Part shown: one piece after another, positions 1-8,170 of the stretch
How positions within the stretch are numbered: the first letter of the stretch is position 1
Layout: each line of letters begins with the position of its first letter
DNA from: Candidatus Saccharimonadota bacterium
GTDB lineage: Bacteria; Patescibacteriota; Saccharimonadia; Saccharimonadales; JACDBH01
Length of the DNA stretch: 64,000 nt
Assembly (NCBI GenBank): GCA_028289135.1
Contig: JAQGGW010000003.1
Location: forward strand, 2,015 to 66,014
Direction of reading: 5' to 3'
Notes under the pieces: model-generated
The model's input: the letters and a program-made list of their open reading frames with translations, nothing else
What the model was told of the DNA's origin: nothing
The model's database searches: none
Position numbers and translations under genes: made by a program

Positions 1-79
1 TCTTGCCGGTTAGCTCTTTGACAGCAGGAATATAGGCCGCCAATGCTGCTTCAATATCAGAAAAAGTCTTGAGCTCCAT
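1..79 (-). CDS. hypothetical protein, N-terminal fragment (gene runs off left edge)
   Basis: ATG at 79-77 (minus) opens a frame reading MELKTFSDIEAALAAYIPAVKELTGK to the window edge with no stop. Too short to assign a family. Confidence 0.3.
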   Translation of the reverse strand, partial: MELKTFSDIEAALAAYIPAVKELTGK

Positions 80-130
80 CATAACTACTTATTGTACAGA
101 TAAAATGTTAAAATACAGAGGTCATTTTAT

Positions 131-207
131 GTACCCGTAGCTCAGCTGGATAGAGCGCTAGGCTTCGAACCTAGAGGCCGGGGATTCGAGTTCCTCCGGG
201 TACACCA
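131..207 (+). tRNA. tRNA-Arg (anticodon TCG)
   Basis: Cloverleaf read by eye: acceptor GTACCCG/CGGGTAC, anticodon loop CTTCGAA, T-loop TTCGAGT, encoded CCA. Confidence 0.9.
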
Positions 208-212
208 TACTT

Positions 213-413
213 ATGATAGAGATTAGCGCAGATAGAACCCTTGAAGCCATTCGCCGATGCCCCGGAGATTTACAGATCTGCGAAGTCTGGAGAGCTGCAG
301 CAATATTACAGGAAGCTACATTAGATAACCAAAAAGCGCAGGACATACGCGCTGGACTAGCTAAGGTAGCCTGCGGAGAATGCAAAGCAACTTACTTGCC
401 AGACTTCAGCTAA
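213..413 (+). CDS. hypothetical small Cys-containing protein
   Basis: 66-aa ATG ORF directly after the tRNA. It has a spaced Cys pair plus a CGEC motif. No obvious RBS and no recognisable family. Confidence 0.25.
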   Translation: MIEISADRTLEAIRRCPGDLQICEVWRAAAILQEATLDNQKAQDIRAGLAKVACGECKATYLPDFS

Positions 414-478
414 TTTAAAAATTTTAAAGATCAGCCACTCAGCCAGTTTCCAGCTTTAGCTGTTAATAATACCCCGAG

Positions 479-934
479 ATGCGGTATTATTATAAAAAGC
501 TTATGCATAGAACTCATCACAAATTACGAGCTAAAAAGTCAAATATCATTTCGCTGCAGATACCTTCGTGGGCGAGCCGATTATATATTGGTCTGGGCTT
601 AATTTTAGTACCATGGACGGTTTACCTTGGCTCCAGCCTGCCAAGACATTATCTCTTAACCCACTGGGATATAAGCTGGACAGGTTTTGATATAGGCTTG
701 GCTGTCGCTCTTATATGTACGGGCATTTTTGCCTACATTAAATCCGTCTGGCTTATTATTGCCGCTTCAACTGCCGGCAGCCTCCTATTAGTTGACGCAT
801 GGTTTGATGTAATGAGCGAAAAGTCCCCTTTTGTATTGCACCAATCAATTTTATTGGCGCTGGTATTTGAAATCCCCCTAGCGCTCATGAGTTATTATTT
901 AGCGTTTCACACAATCAAGACCAACAAAAAATAA
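479..934 (+). CDS. hypothetical membrane protein
   Basis: 151-aa ORF with 3-4 hydrophobic helices (LYIGLGLILVPWTVYL, IGLAVALICTGIFAY, LIIAASTAGSLLLV). Start uncertain, with an alternative ATG at 503. Confidence 0.55.
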   Translation: MRYYYKKLMHRTHHKLRAKKSNIISLQIPSWASRLYIGLGLILVPWTVYLGSSLPRHYLLTHWDISWTGFDIGLAVALICTGIFAYIKSVWLIIAASTAGSLLLVDAWFDVMSEKSPFVLHQSILLALVFEIPLALMSYYLAFHTIKTNKK

Positions 935-944
935 GAAAGGTGCC

Positions 945-1574
945 ATGCGTATAACTGTTTTGGGAGCGTCTGGGAATATTGGTCAGCGAGTAACTAAGCT
1001 GCTGTTGGAGCATGGACATGAAGTGGTGGCGATGGTGCACAGCAAGGATTTGCCAGGTTTAGATTCTGCCAAACTACACGTCATTAAGGGTGATGTTCAC
1101 AACCCAGGTGATATTAATAAGGCTATTTCAGGAAGCGACGCAGTCGTAAGTACGCTTGGATCGTGGGGCACAAAAACCAAAGATATAGTTGCCGCGGCTA
1201 CCAAAAATCTTATACCTGCCATGCAAAAAGCTGGCATTAATCGGTTTGTATCAATTACTGGCAGCGGTGCCTGTTTGCCGGGCGAGGCAAAGCCAATATC
1301 GCTCGCCTTAACACGTCTTTTGCTAAAAACTCTTCAAAAGCCAGTACTTACTGACGCCGAAAAGCATTTAAGGCTTTTGAATGAGAGCAATTTAGACTGG
1401 ACGGCACTGCGTTCACCCGTTATGACCAACAAAAGTTTGACAAGTTATGTTTTGAGATTAAAGCCATTTTCGCCGCTTGCGAACATTAGCCGCCAAGCAA
1501 TTACGATAGCGCTAGTTGAAGTAATTGAAAAAAATACTTTTAGCAAACAGGCTCCATTTATATCGGCCAAGTAA
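945..1574 (+). CDS. NAD(P)-binding (NmrA/atypical SDR-like) oxidoreductase
   Basis: N-terminal Rossmann motif MRITVLGASGNIGQRV. Length about 210 aa, weak RBS aaagg upstream. Confidence 0.75.
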   Translation: MRITVLGASGNIGQRVTKLLLEHGHEVVAMVHSKDLPGLDSAKLHVIKGDVHNPGDINKAISGSDAVVSTLGSWGTKTKDIVAAATKNLIPAMQKAGINRFVSITGSGACLPGEAKPISLALTRLLLKTLQKPVLTDAEKHLRLLNESNLDWTALRSPVMTNKSLTSYVLRLKPFSPLANISRQAITIALVEVIEKNTFSKQAPFISAK

Positions 1575-1602
1575 ACTTTTGTGTGCTAAACTTCTCCTTG
1601 CC

Positions 1603-1679
1603 GCTCCCGTAGTTCAGCTGGATAGAATGTTGGCTTCCGAAGCCAAAGATCGCTGGTTCGAATCCAGCCGGGGGCACCA
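1603..1679 (+). tRNA. tRNA-Arg (anticodon CCG)
   Basis: Acceptor GCTCCCG/CGGGGGC, anticodon loop TTCCGAA, T-loop TTCGAAT, encoded CCA. Confidence 0.9.
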
Positions 1680-1681
1680 AG

Positions 1682-1705
1682 CCCCAAAAAGCAGGCTTTT
1701 TGGGG
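1682..1705 (+). terminator. perfect 11-bp hairpin after tRNA-Arg (possible terminator)
   Basis: CCCCAAAAAGC-AG-GCTTTTTGGGG. There is no separate trailing T-run, so the terminator role is tentative. Confidence 0.4.
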
Positions 1706-1783
1706 ACCCCAGTTGAAAGTTCATATTATTTTTAAATAATTTACACTTGGTTACAGTCATTTTCACTTTAAGACAGTAAACCT

Positions 1784-2437
1784 ATGAAAAATTTTAAAGC
1801 GGTTGTATTTGATGTAGATGGGACGCTCACGGAAGATAATTCGTGGTATGCCTTTACGCGCAGCCTGGGGGCTTCGGAGGCCGAGCACCTGGCCATTTAT
1901 GAGGGCCAGAGCAGCGGGCAGATTGGGCACGACGAGGCCAAGACAAAAATTCTCGCGCTTTGGCTTGCAACCGGCAAAGCAAGTAAAAAATTTATTGAAG
2001 AAACTTTTAGCAATATCCCTGTGCGCGAAGATGCATATCCATTAATAAAATGGCTCCAAGAAAATAAGTATCCAGTTTGCTTAATCACCGGCTCTTCAAG
2101 AATATATGCGGCTACTATTGCCGAAAAGCTTGGTGTTGAAGAATATTATGCCAATGCCAACTTATTTTTTGACGGGACTGGAATGCTAAAAGGTTTCCAT
2201 TACGACGCTGACCAGGCAAAAATAAAGCTTGAACACCTGGCGGAATTTTGCAAAAAACACGGCATTGAACCCACCGACTGTATCGCGATCGGTGATGGCA
2301 ACAACGACATCGGGCTTTTTAGAATCACCGGAAACGGCATCTTTGTAAAAAACGACAAAGCTTCACCCGAAGTTGAAAAAGCAGCCTGGAAATTGGTCAG
2401 TTCTCTGAGCGAAGTACGTTATTTACTGGAAAGCTAG
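1784..2437 (+). CDS. HAD-superfamily hydrolase (phosphoserine-phosphatase-like subfamily)
   Basis: Motif I VVFDVDGTLT and motif IV GDGNND near the C-terminus. Length 217 aa. Confidence 0.8.
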   Translation: MKNFKAVVFDVDGTLTEDNSWYAFTRSLGASEAEHLAIYEGQSSGQIGHDEAKTKILALWLATGKASKKFIEETFSNIPVREDAYPLIKWLQENKYPVCLITGSSRIYAATIAEKLGVEEYYANANLFFDGTGMLKGFHYDADQAKIKLEHLAEFCKKHGIEPTDCIAIGDGNNDIGLFRITGNGIFVKNDKASPEVEKAAWKLVSSLSEVRYLLES

Positions 2438-2460
2438 AAGCGGAACTCAACTGACAATAA

Positions 2461-2850
2461 TTACATTACTGGAGCTGGCGGAGCGGGTGCAGCTGGCATC
2501 ACTGGTGTTGGGGCGCTCATAGCTGGAGCCTGGGGAGCTGGCATGTCGGCATAAGACGTGTGGCTCGCCATAAACTTATAAGACTTAATAGCAAACCAAA
2601 AGCTGTAAATTCCTAAAGTAACAATAACGAGCAGGATGTTAACAACCAAAAACTTTAATACTTCACCGTAAGTGGCGGTATATTTTACCTTGCGGCCGTT
2701 AATCAGCACGTTATCAGCCAACCACGTGTTCATATAGTTATACCCAATTGGCCAGCCAAATATAGGTATATAGGCAGTTACCAGGCTAATAATACTTGCC
2801 ACAAAATAACCGCCCGGTGTCCCGGTAAATTCGAATTGCTTTAGATCCAT
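2461..2850 (-). CDS. hypothetical membrane protein with Pro/Ala-rich C-terminal tail
   Basis: Two TM helices and a tail APQAPAMSAPTPVMPAAPAPPAPVM. Start moved to the ATG at 2850 (MDLKQ) because GAGGAG lies 4 nt upstream; the ORF track starts at 2862. Confidence 0.6.
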   Translation of the reverse strand: MDLKQFEFTGTPGGYFVASIISLVTAYIPIFGWPIGYNYMNTWLADNVLINGRKVKYTATYGEVLKFLVVNILLVIVTLGIYSFWFAIKSYKFMASHTSYADMPAPQAPAMSAPTPVMPAAPAPPAPVM

Positions 2851-2953
2851 AAAACTCCTCACATTATTGTTTATACTTATGGTTAGACTCTAACACACTT
2901 TAATACAGCCTGGATAGCGGCCGTTTTATTATTGCCTTTGACTGGTTAGCAAA

Positions 2954-3493
2954 CTATTTTTTGTCTTCGTCGGGTTTGGGAGCCGGCAGGTTTTTGGTGT
3001 GAGGAAATTCGGCGGCGGTTTTGATGGTCTGCTGCAGTGTCTCAACGACGCGCTTGGCGTGGTCCAGACTCATCCCAACCCGTGAAACAGCCAGAGGCTG
3101 CCCGTTTTGGCCGGCATTTTGCATAAAGTTCATAACAACCCCGTATTGGTTAATCATAACCTGGAAGGTGTCGCTGTAGACAATCCGCGCGTCCATTGGC
3201 AAAAGCATAATGGCTGGCTGCTGGCCCAGGATCTCTTCCGACGCGCCCTGCTTTTCGTCGTAGCCGGCAAGGTCCCAAAGCTGGTCGGACTCTTCGTCAC
3301 GGAGGTTAAAGTGCGTAATAAGCAGCTGCAAAATGTCTTCGCTAGGGCGGACTTCACCCTTTTCATAGGCCGTAAGGCGATCGTCTGTAATTTCTACAGC
3401 ACCAGACACTTCCGCCAGGCTTTCTTGCATACGCGTCCTAATACGAGCTAGCTCGTCACCAAGGGGTTTAAATGGGGTTTCTCCTCGTTTCAT
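2954..3493 (-). CDS. XRE-family helix-turn-helix transcriptional regulator
   Basis: N-terminal HTH-like segment (LARIRTRMQESLAEVSGAVEITDDRLTAYEKG). 179 aa, divergent from murB with only 23 nt between the start codons. Confidence 0.6.
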   Translation of the reverse strand: MKRGETPFKPLGDELARIRTRMQESLAEVSGAVEITDDRLTAYEKGEVRPSEDILQLLITHFNLRDEESDQLWDLAGYDEKQGASEEILGQQPAIMLLPMDARIVYSDTFQVMINQYGVVMNFMQNAGQNGQPLAVSRVGMSLDHAKRVVETLQQTIKTAAEFPHTKNLPAPKPDEDKK

Positions 3494-3516
3494 CGTATTG
3501 TCTATAATAGAATTTT

Positions 3517-4584
3517 ATGACTAAAAATGCAATCAAACGCGCTATACTAATGCTTATGGATATGCAGGAAAACGTCTCTCTAAGCGGTTATTCGACCATG
3601 CGTCTTGGTGGCAAATCTGACTATTTTGTTGAGGCTAGGACAAAAGAAGACCTTGTAGCTGCGGCGGAGTGGGCAGACGAGCATGCTGTGCCGCTTCGGG
3701 TAATTGGCGGCGGCAGTAACATCATCTGGCGCGACGAGGGCTTTAAAGGTCTTTTGGTGGCAAACAAAATCCCCGGCTTTGAGAAAATAAATGAAGACCA
3801 CATAAGCGTAACCTACACATTTGGAGCAGGCGAAAACTGGGATGAAACAGTCAGAAAAACAGCTGAAATGGGGCTTTATGGGATTGAATGTTTGTCGGCG
3901 ATCCCAGGAACCGTTGGTGCAACCCCCGTCCAGAACGTTGGAGCCTATGGCCAGGACATTTCGCAGACAATGGTGAGCCTTGAAGCTTATGATTGCGTTG
4001 AAAAAAAGTTTGTAACACTCCACGGCGGTGACTGTGATTTTGGATACCGGACTTCACGGTTTAAAGGCGCGGACAATGGCCGCTTTCTAATTAGCTCAGT
4101 CGCCCTAAAACTACAAAAAAATCCGCCGGCGGCATTGTGGTCGAATTCGCTTAAGGACTACCTTGAAACTCATAATATTACCGAGCGCGATCCAATGACT
4201 TTTCGTAATGCTATTATTGCCATCCGCGCCGCAAAGCTGCCCGACCCTGCAGTTGTTGCCAATACCGGATCATTTTTTGCGAACCCGATAATATCAGACG
4301 CTGAGCTTGCCAGGATCTGGGTTAATTTCCCCGACATGCCGGCCTGGGAAGTTGGCAAGGACAGTCAAAAACTATCGGCTGGCTGGATGATTGAAGCCGC
4401 TGGGTTTAAAGGATATAGCGATCCAGAAACTGGAATGGCCACCTGGAAAAACCATGCGCTCGTGATCGTGAACGAACATGCCGAAAGCACCGGAGACCTT
4501 ATGAAGTTCCAACAAAAAATCAAAGACAAAGTCGAAGAGCTGTTTGGGGTTAGGCTAGAACAAGAACCGGAGCTTTTGCCTTAG
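3517..4584 (+). CDS. murB: UDP-N-acetylenolpyruvoylglucosamine reductase
   Basis: YSTMRLGG and VIGGGSNI FAD-binding motifs and a MurB-like C-terminal domain. Start may be the internal MLMDMQ instead. Confidence 0.88.
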   Translation: MTKNAIKRAILMLMDMQENVSLSGYSTMRLGGKSDYFVEARTKEDLVAAAEWADEHAVPLRVIGGGSNIIWRDEGFKGLLVANKIPGFEKINEDHISVTYTFGAGENWDETVRKTAEMGLYGIECLSAIPGTVGATPVQNVGAYGQDISQTMVSLEAYDCVEKKFVTLHGGDCDFGYRTSRFKGADNGRFLISSVALKLQKNPPAALWSNSLKDYLETHNITERDPMTFRNAIIAIRAAKLPDPAVVANTGSFFANPIISDAELARIWVNFPDMPAWEVGKDSQKLSAGWMIEAAGFKGYSDPETGMATWKNHALVIVNEHAESTGDLMKFQQKIKDKVEELFGVRLEQEPELLP

Positions 4585-4620
4585 TTTTACAATTGTAATT
4601 TTTGTTATATAATATTTAAT

Positions 4621-5088
4621 ATGCCCCAACATTCACTTTTGTATTTAGATCCACATAATGCTGAACATACACCCCTTATTGTTAATGGCCTTAATATGGG
4701 CAACGACTGGGATTCCGCTGAACTTGCAGCTGACTACATCGAGCAGGGTGTTAGTAACTTATGCAGGTGGAATGCTGAAGTAATAGTACTACAAGAGGCG
4801 AATGAACCTTTGGCTATGACTGCTTGGTATGCCACAAGAGGCCCCGAGCTCATTGGCTTGGCTAGCATCAACTATGTGTATACTGCTAAACAACAAAGAA
4901 GACTAGGTTATGGCGCTTTAGTGATTCATGCCGCCGAAGACCGAGCACGAGAGCGAGGCTTTCAGCATATATGGTTGTCCTCGGTTAGGTCGGCTGTCCC
5001 GTTTTATGAAGCACTTACTTATAGAGTCCCAGATGGTGAGACTTTAGGAAAAATGCTTACACGAATGACAAAAGATCTCACAGACTAA
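4621..5088 (+). CDS. GNAT-family N-acetyltransferase
   Basis: Acetyl-CoA-binding style motif QQRRLGYGALVIHAAEDRARERG. 155 aa, visibly AT-richer than its neighbours. Confidence 0.65.
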   Translation: MPQHSLLYLDPHNAEHTPLIVNGLNMGNDWDSAELAADYIEQGVSNLCRWNAEVIVLQEANEPLAMTAWYATRGPELIGLASINYVYTAKQQRRLGYGALVIHAAEDRARERGFQHIWLSSVRSAVPFYEALTYRVPDGETLGKMLTRMTKDLTD

Positions 5089-6359
5089 CTAGGCAGCGGG
5101 AAGTCGGCCGCGAACTTAGTTATTTCGCTGTGCAGTCCGGCCAGCTTCTTATCGTCTTTATGGTTCTTGACTGCATCGTTGATCCAGTCGGCGACCATGA
5201 CCATGTGCTCTTCTTTCATGCCGCGGGTTGTCAGTGCTGGCGTGCCTAGACGAATGCCGCTTGGGTCAAATGGTGAGCGCGGGTCAAACGGCACAGTGTT
5301 TTTGTTGACGGTAATTCCAGCAAGGCCCAAAGCCTTTTCGCCCTCTTTGCCGCTGATGTTTTTGTTGTTAAGGTCAATTACCATCAAGTGGTTATCGGTG
5401 CCGCCAGTAACGATATTAAAGCCTCTCTGCAGCAGTTCGGCGGCCAGCTTTTTGGAATTTTTAACTATCTGTTTGCCATATTCTTTAAATTCTGGCTGGA
5501 GAGCTTCGCCAAGGGCAACGGCGATGGCAGCAGTCTGGTGGTTATGCGGCCCGCCCTGCAAACCCGGAATTACTGCACGGTCAATGAGTGAGGGAATGTT
5601 TTCGACAGTTCGCTCTGGTTTCTTTAAAGGGTTAGAAGGGTTCCCGTTGGCCAAAATCATCGCTCCCCGCGGACCACGCAGCGTCTTATGAGTTGTTGTC
5701 ATAATTACATCAACTATTCCTGCCGGACTTGGATGCTCCCCAGCAACAACCAATCCGCTAATGTGCGAAATGTCGGCCGCCAAAAAAGCACCTGATGCAT
5801 CGGCGATCTCGCGCATTTTTTTCCAATCAATAATGCGCGGGTAGGCCGTGGTGCCGCTCATAATTAGCTTTGGTTTGTGCTCCATTGCAAGCTGCATAAT
5901 TGCGTCGTAATCCATAAAGCCGTCTTTGTCGGTTGTATACTGCACAGAGTGGTAGTATGTGCCGCTAAAGTTCACTTTTAACCCATGCGTCATATGCCCG
6001 CCAAAATAAAGCGACATGCCCATGACAGTGTCGCCTGGGTCGACCAACGCAAAATATATGGCCTGGTTAGCCGGGCAGCCAGAGTGCGGCTGGACATTGG
6101 CAAAGCTTACGCCAAACAGTTCTTTGGCCAGGTCGCGCGCCAAATTTTCGACTTTGTCTACTACTTCACAGCCGCCATAGTAGCGCATACCAGGATAGCC
6201 TTCGGAATATTTGTCGGTTAAAATTGAGCCCGAGGCCTCACGGACCGCTACCGAAGAGTGGTTTTCGCTCGGAATCATTTCCAGCCCCTGGCTTTGGCGT
6301 GCCCGCTCTTCTTCGATAAGTTTCTTTATTTGTGCGGTAACATTTTTATCATTTGTCAT
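5085..6359 (-). CDS. glyA: serine hydroxymethyltransferase
   Basis: SENHSSVAVREASGS, YSEGYPGMRYYGG, and the PLP-lysine motif TTTHKTLRGPRG. 424 aa. Confidence 0.97.
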   Translation of the reverse strand: MTNDKNVTAQIKKLIEEERARQSQGLEMIPSENHSSVAVREASGSILTDKYSEGYPGMRYYGGCEVVDKVENLARDLAKELFGVSFANVQPHSGCPANQAIYFALVDPGDTVMGMSLYFGGHMTHGLKVNFSGTYYHSVQYTTDKDGFMDYDAIMQLAMEHKPKLIMSGTTAYPRIIDWKKMREIADASGAFLAADISHISGLVVAGEHPSPAGIVDVIMTTTHKTLRGPRGAMILANGNPSNPLKKPERTVENIPSLIDRAVIPGLQGGPHNHQTAAIAVALGEALQPEFKEYGKQIVKNSKKLAAELLQRGFNIVTGGTDNHLMVIDLNNKNISGKEGEKALGLAGITVNKNTVPFDPRSPFDPSGIRLGTPALTTRGMKEEHMVMVADWINDAVKNHKDDKKLAGLHSEITKFAADFPLPS

Positions 6360-6401
6360 ACTTTTACCCGCTCTTTCCTAGTTTAACGCCCAGTTATTGT
6401 A

Positions 6402-6523
6402 AGGGTTTCGTACTTTAGTGCAGTTTGGCCAAACAATCGAGCACCGGATTCGGAGTGTATACAGAAATACATGTAGAAACGGAGCGGAGATTTTTGGCCG
6501 AAATGTGCAAAGTACGGAAGCCT
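6402..6523. repeat. long imperfect hairpin element, copy 1 (homologous to 37884-38044)
   Basis: The arm at 6402-6430 pairs with 6496-6523, about 27 bp with bulges and G-U pairs. It shares TAGTGCAGTTTG, CGAG[C/T]ACC, AGCGGAGAT and AAATG[T/C]GCA with the second copy. Confidence 0.6.
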
Positions 6524-6641
6524 GCTCAGTTATGTTGCGTTTCATTAGATCATGGGTGTATTGTAGTTGATGTAACGCAAAAAATAAAAAAATCCGGCAA
6601 TATCGACAAAATATACCGTTCTTGATATAGTAAACAAGCTT

Positions 6642-8165
6642 ATGAATACAACCAGCGAGAAAATTGGTCACTTAATTTACCAAGTACGGCAAGAAAAAGG
6701 CCTAACCCAGGCTGAATTTGCCAAACGGCTGAACACATCGCAGTCGGCAGTTAACCGTATTGAACACGGGCACCAAAACCTTAGCATGGATATGCTAGGC
6801 CGGATTAGCGATGTTTTAAACAAGCAGATTATTAGCCTAAACACCAACGCCGTTTCACTCCGGATTGAAGGCGGCCACAAACTAAGCGGTGAGATTTCGG
6901 TTAAAACCAGCAAGAACGCTGCCGTTGGCCTGATCTGCGCTTCGCTACTTAACAAAGGCACGACCAAACTTAAGTCCGTTGCCCGCATCGAAGAAGTTAA
7001 CCGCCTGGTTGAAGTGCTTGAAAGCATTGGCGTAAAAGTCCGTTGGCTGCCCGGAAACGACCTGGAGATCAAACCGCCCGCCAAACTTAATCTTGAAAAT
7101 ATCAACGGTATAGCCGCACGCAAAACCCGCAGCGTTATCATGTTTGTCGGCGCGCTAATGCACGATTATAAAGAATTTAAGATCCCCTATGCCGGCGGCT
7201 GTGAACTTGGCAAACGAACGGTTTTGCCGCACATTTACGCGCTTGAAGAATTTGGAACGAACATCATCGCCAAAACCGGGCATTACAACATTACGTCCAA
7301 GCTCAAACTCCCAAAGCGCGATGTGGTTTTGTACGAATCCGGCGATACAACTACCGAAAACGCCTTGATGGCCGCGGCTGGATTTGAAGGCGAAACGGTT
7401 ATTAAAATGGCAAGCGCTAACTATGCAATCCAGGACATGTGTTTCTTCTTGCAAAAGCTCGGCGTCAAAATTGACGGCATCGGCACGACAACTTTGCGCG
7501 TCCGCGGCCAAAAGCGCATGAAGAAAAACATTAGCTACGCTCCAAGCGAAGACCCGGTTGAGGCCATGACTTTTATTGCGGCCGCGATTGCGACCGACTC
7601 AACGATTACTATCAAGCGCGCGCCGATTGACTTCTTAGAACTTGAACTTTTAAAGCTAGAAAAAATGGGACTGCGCTATGACACAAGCGAAAAATACAAG
7701 GCTGAAAATAATAAAACCGACCTGGTTGACCTAACTATCCACGAACACAATGGCAAGCTGATTGCGCCGGAAGACAAGCTCTATGGCCGCCCTTTCCCTG
7801 GCCTAAACATCGACAACTTACCGTATTTTGTGCCGATTGTAGCTGTTGCCAAAGGCCGCAGCATGATCCACGACTGGGTTTACGAAGACCGCGCGCTGAT
7901 GTTTACCGAAATGAAAAAGATTGGCGTTGACCTGGAGCTAGCCGACCCGCACCGGGTGTTTATTAACGGCCCAACCCGCTGGCGCGCCGCCGATTTAGTT
8001 TGCCCAAGCGGCATCCGCCCGGCAGTTATTATTTTAATCGGCATGCTGGCCGCAACCGGCACCTCCATGCTTCGCAATGTCTACACAATCAACCGCGGTT
8101 ATGAAGACCTGGCCGAGCGTTTGAATTCCCTTGGTGCGCACATCGGCATCGTTCACGAAGTATAA
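6642..8165 (+). CDS. murA: UDP-N-acetylglucosamine 1-carboxyvinyltransferase with N-terminal XRE-type HTH domain
   Basis: Residues 1-65 form an HTH (LTQAEFAKRLNTSQSAVNRIEHG). The rest is MurA/EPSP-synthase fold (GGHKLSGEISVKTSKNAA) with an active-site loop AGGCELGKRTVLPH that retains the Cys. Confidence 0.85.
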   Translation: MNTTSEKIGHLIYQVRQEKGLTQAEFAKRLNTSQSAVNRIEHGHQNLSMDMLGRISDVLNKQIISLNTNAVSLRIEGGHKLSGEISVKTSKNAAVGLICASLLNKGTTKLKSVARIEEVNRLVEVLESIGVKVRWLPGNDLEIKPPAKLNLENINGIAARKTRSVIMFVGALMHDYKEFKIPYAGGCELGKRTVLPHIYALEEFGTNIIAKTGHYNITSKLKLPKRDVVLYESGDTTTENALMAAAGFEGETVIKMASANYAIQDMCFFLQKLGVKIDGIGTTTLRVRGQKRMKKNISYAPSEDPVEAMTFIAAAIATDSTITIKRAPIDFLELELLKLEKMGLRYDTSEKYKAENNKTDLVDLTIHEHNGKLIAPEDKLYGRPFPGLNIDNLPYFVPIVAVAKGRSMIHDWVYEDRALMFTEMKKIGVDLELADPHRVFINGPTRWRAADLVCPSGIRPAVIILIGMLAATGTSMLRNVYTINRGYEDLAERLNSLGAHIGIVHEV

Positions 8166-8170
8166 ATGCT

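Noticed and set aside
158-385. 75-aa minus-strand ORF
   Set aside because: It overlaps the tRNA-Arg(TCG) 3' half and is antisense to the slightly more plausible 213-413 ORF.
6360-6641. Possibility that the structured element upstream of glyA is a ZTP/pfl, THF or glycine riboswitch
   Set aside because: No ZTP signature (GGGTCGTGACTGGCG ... CCGCCTGGGC) or other riboswitch core is visible on the glyA strand. A homologous copy sits in a convergent gap at 37.9 kb, where a 5'-UTR riboswitch makes no sense.
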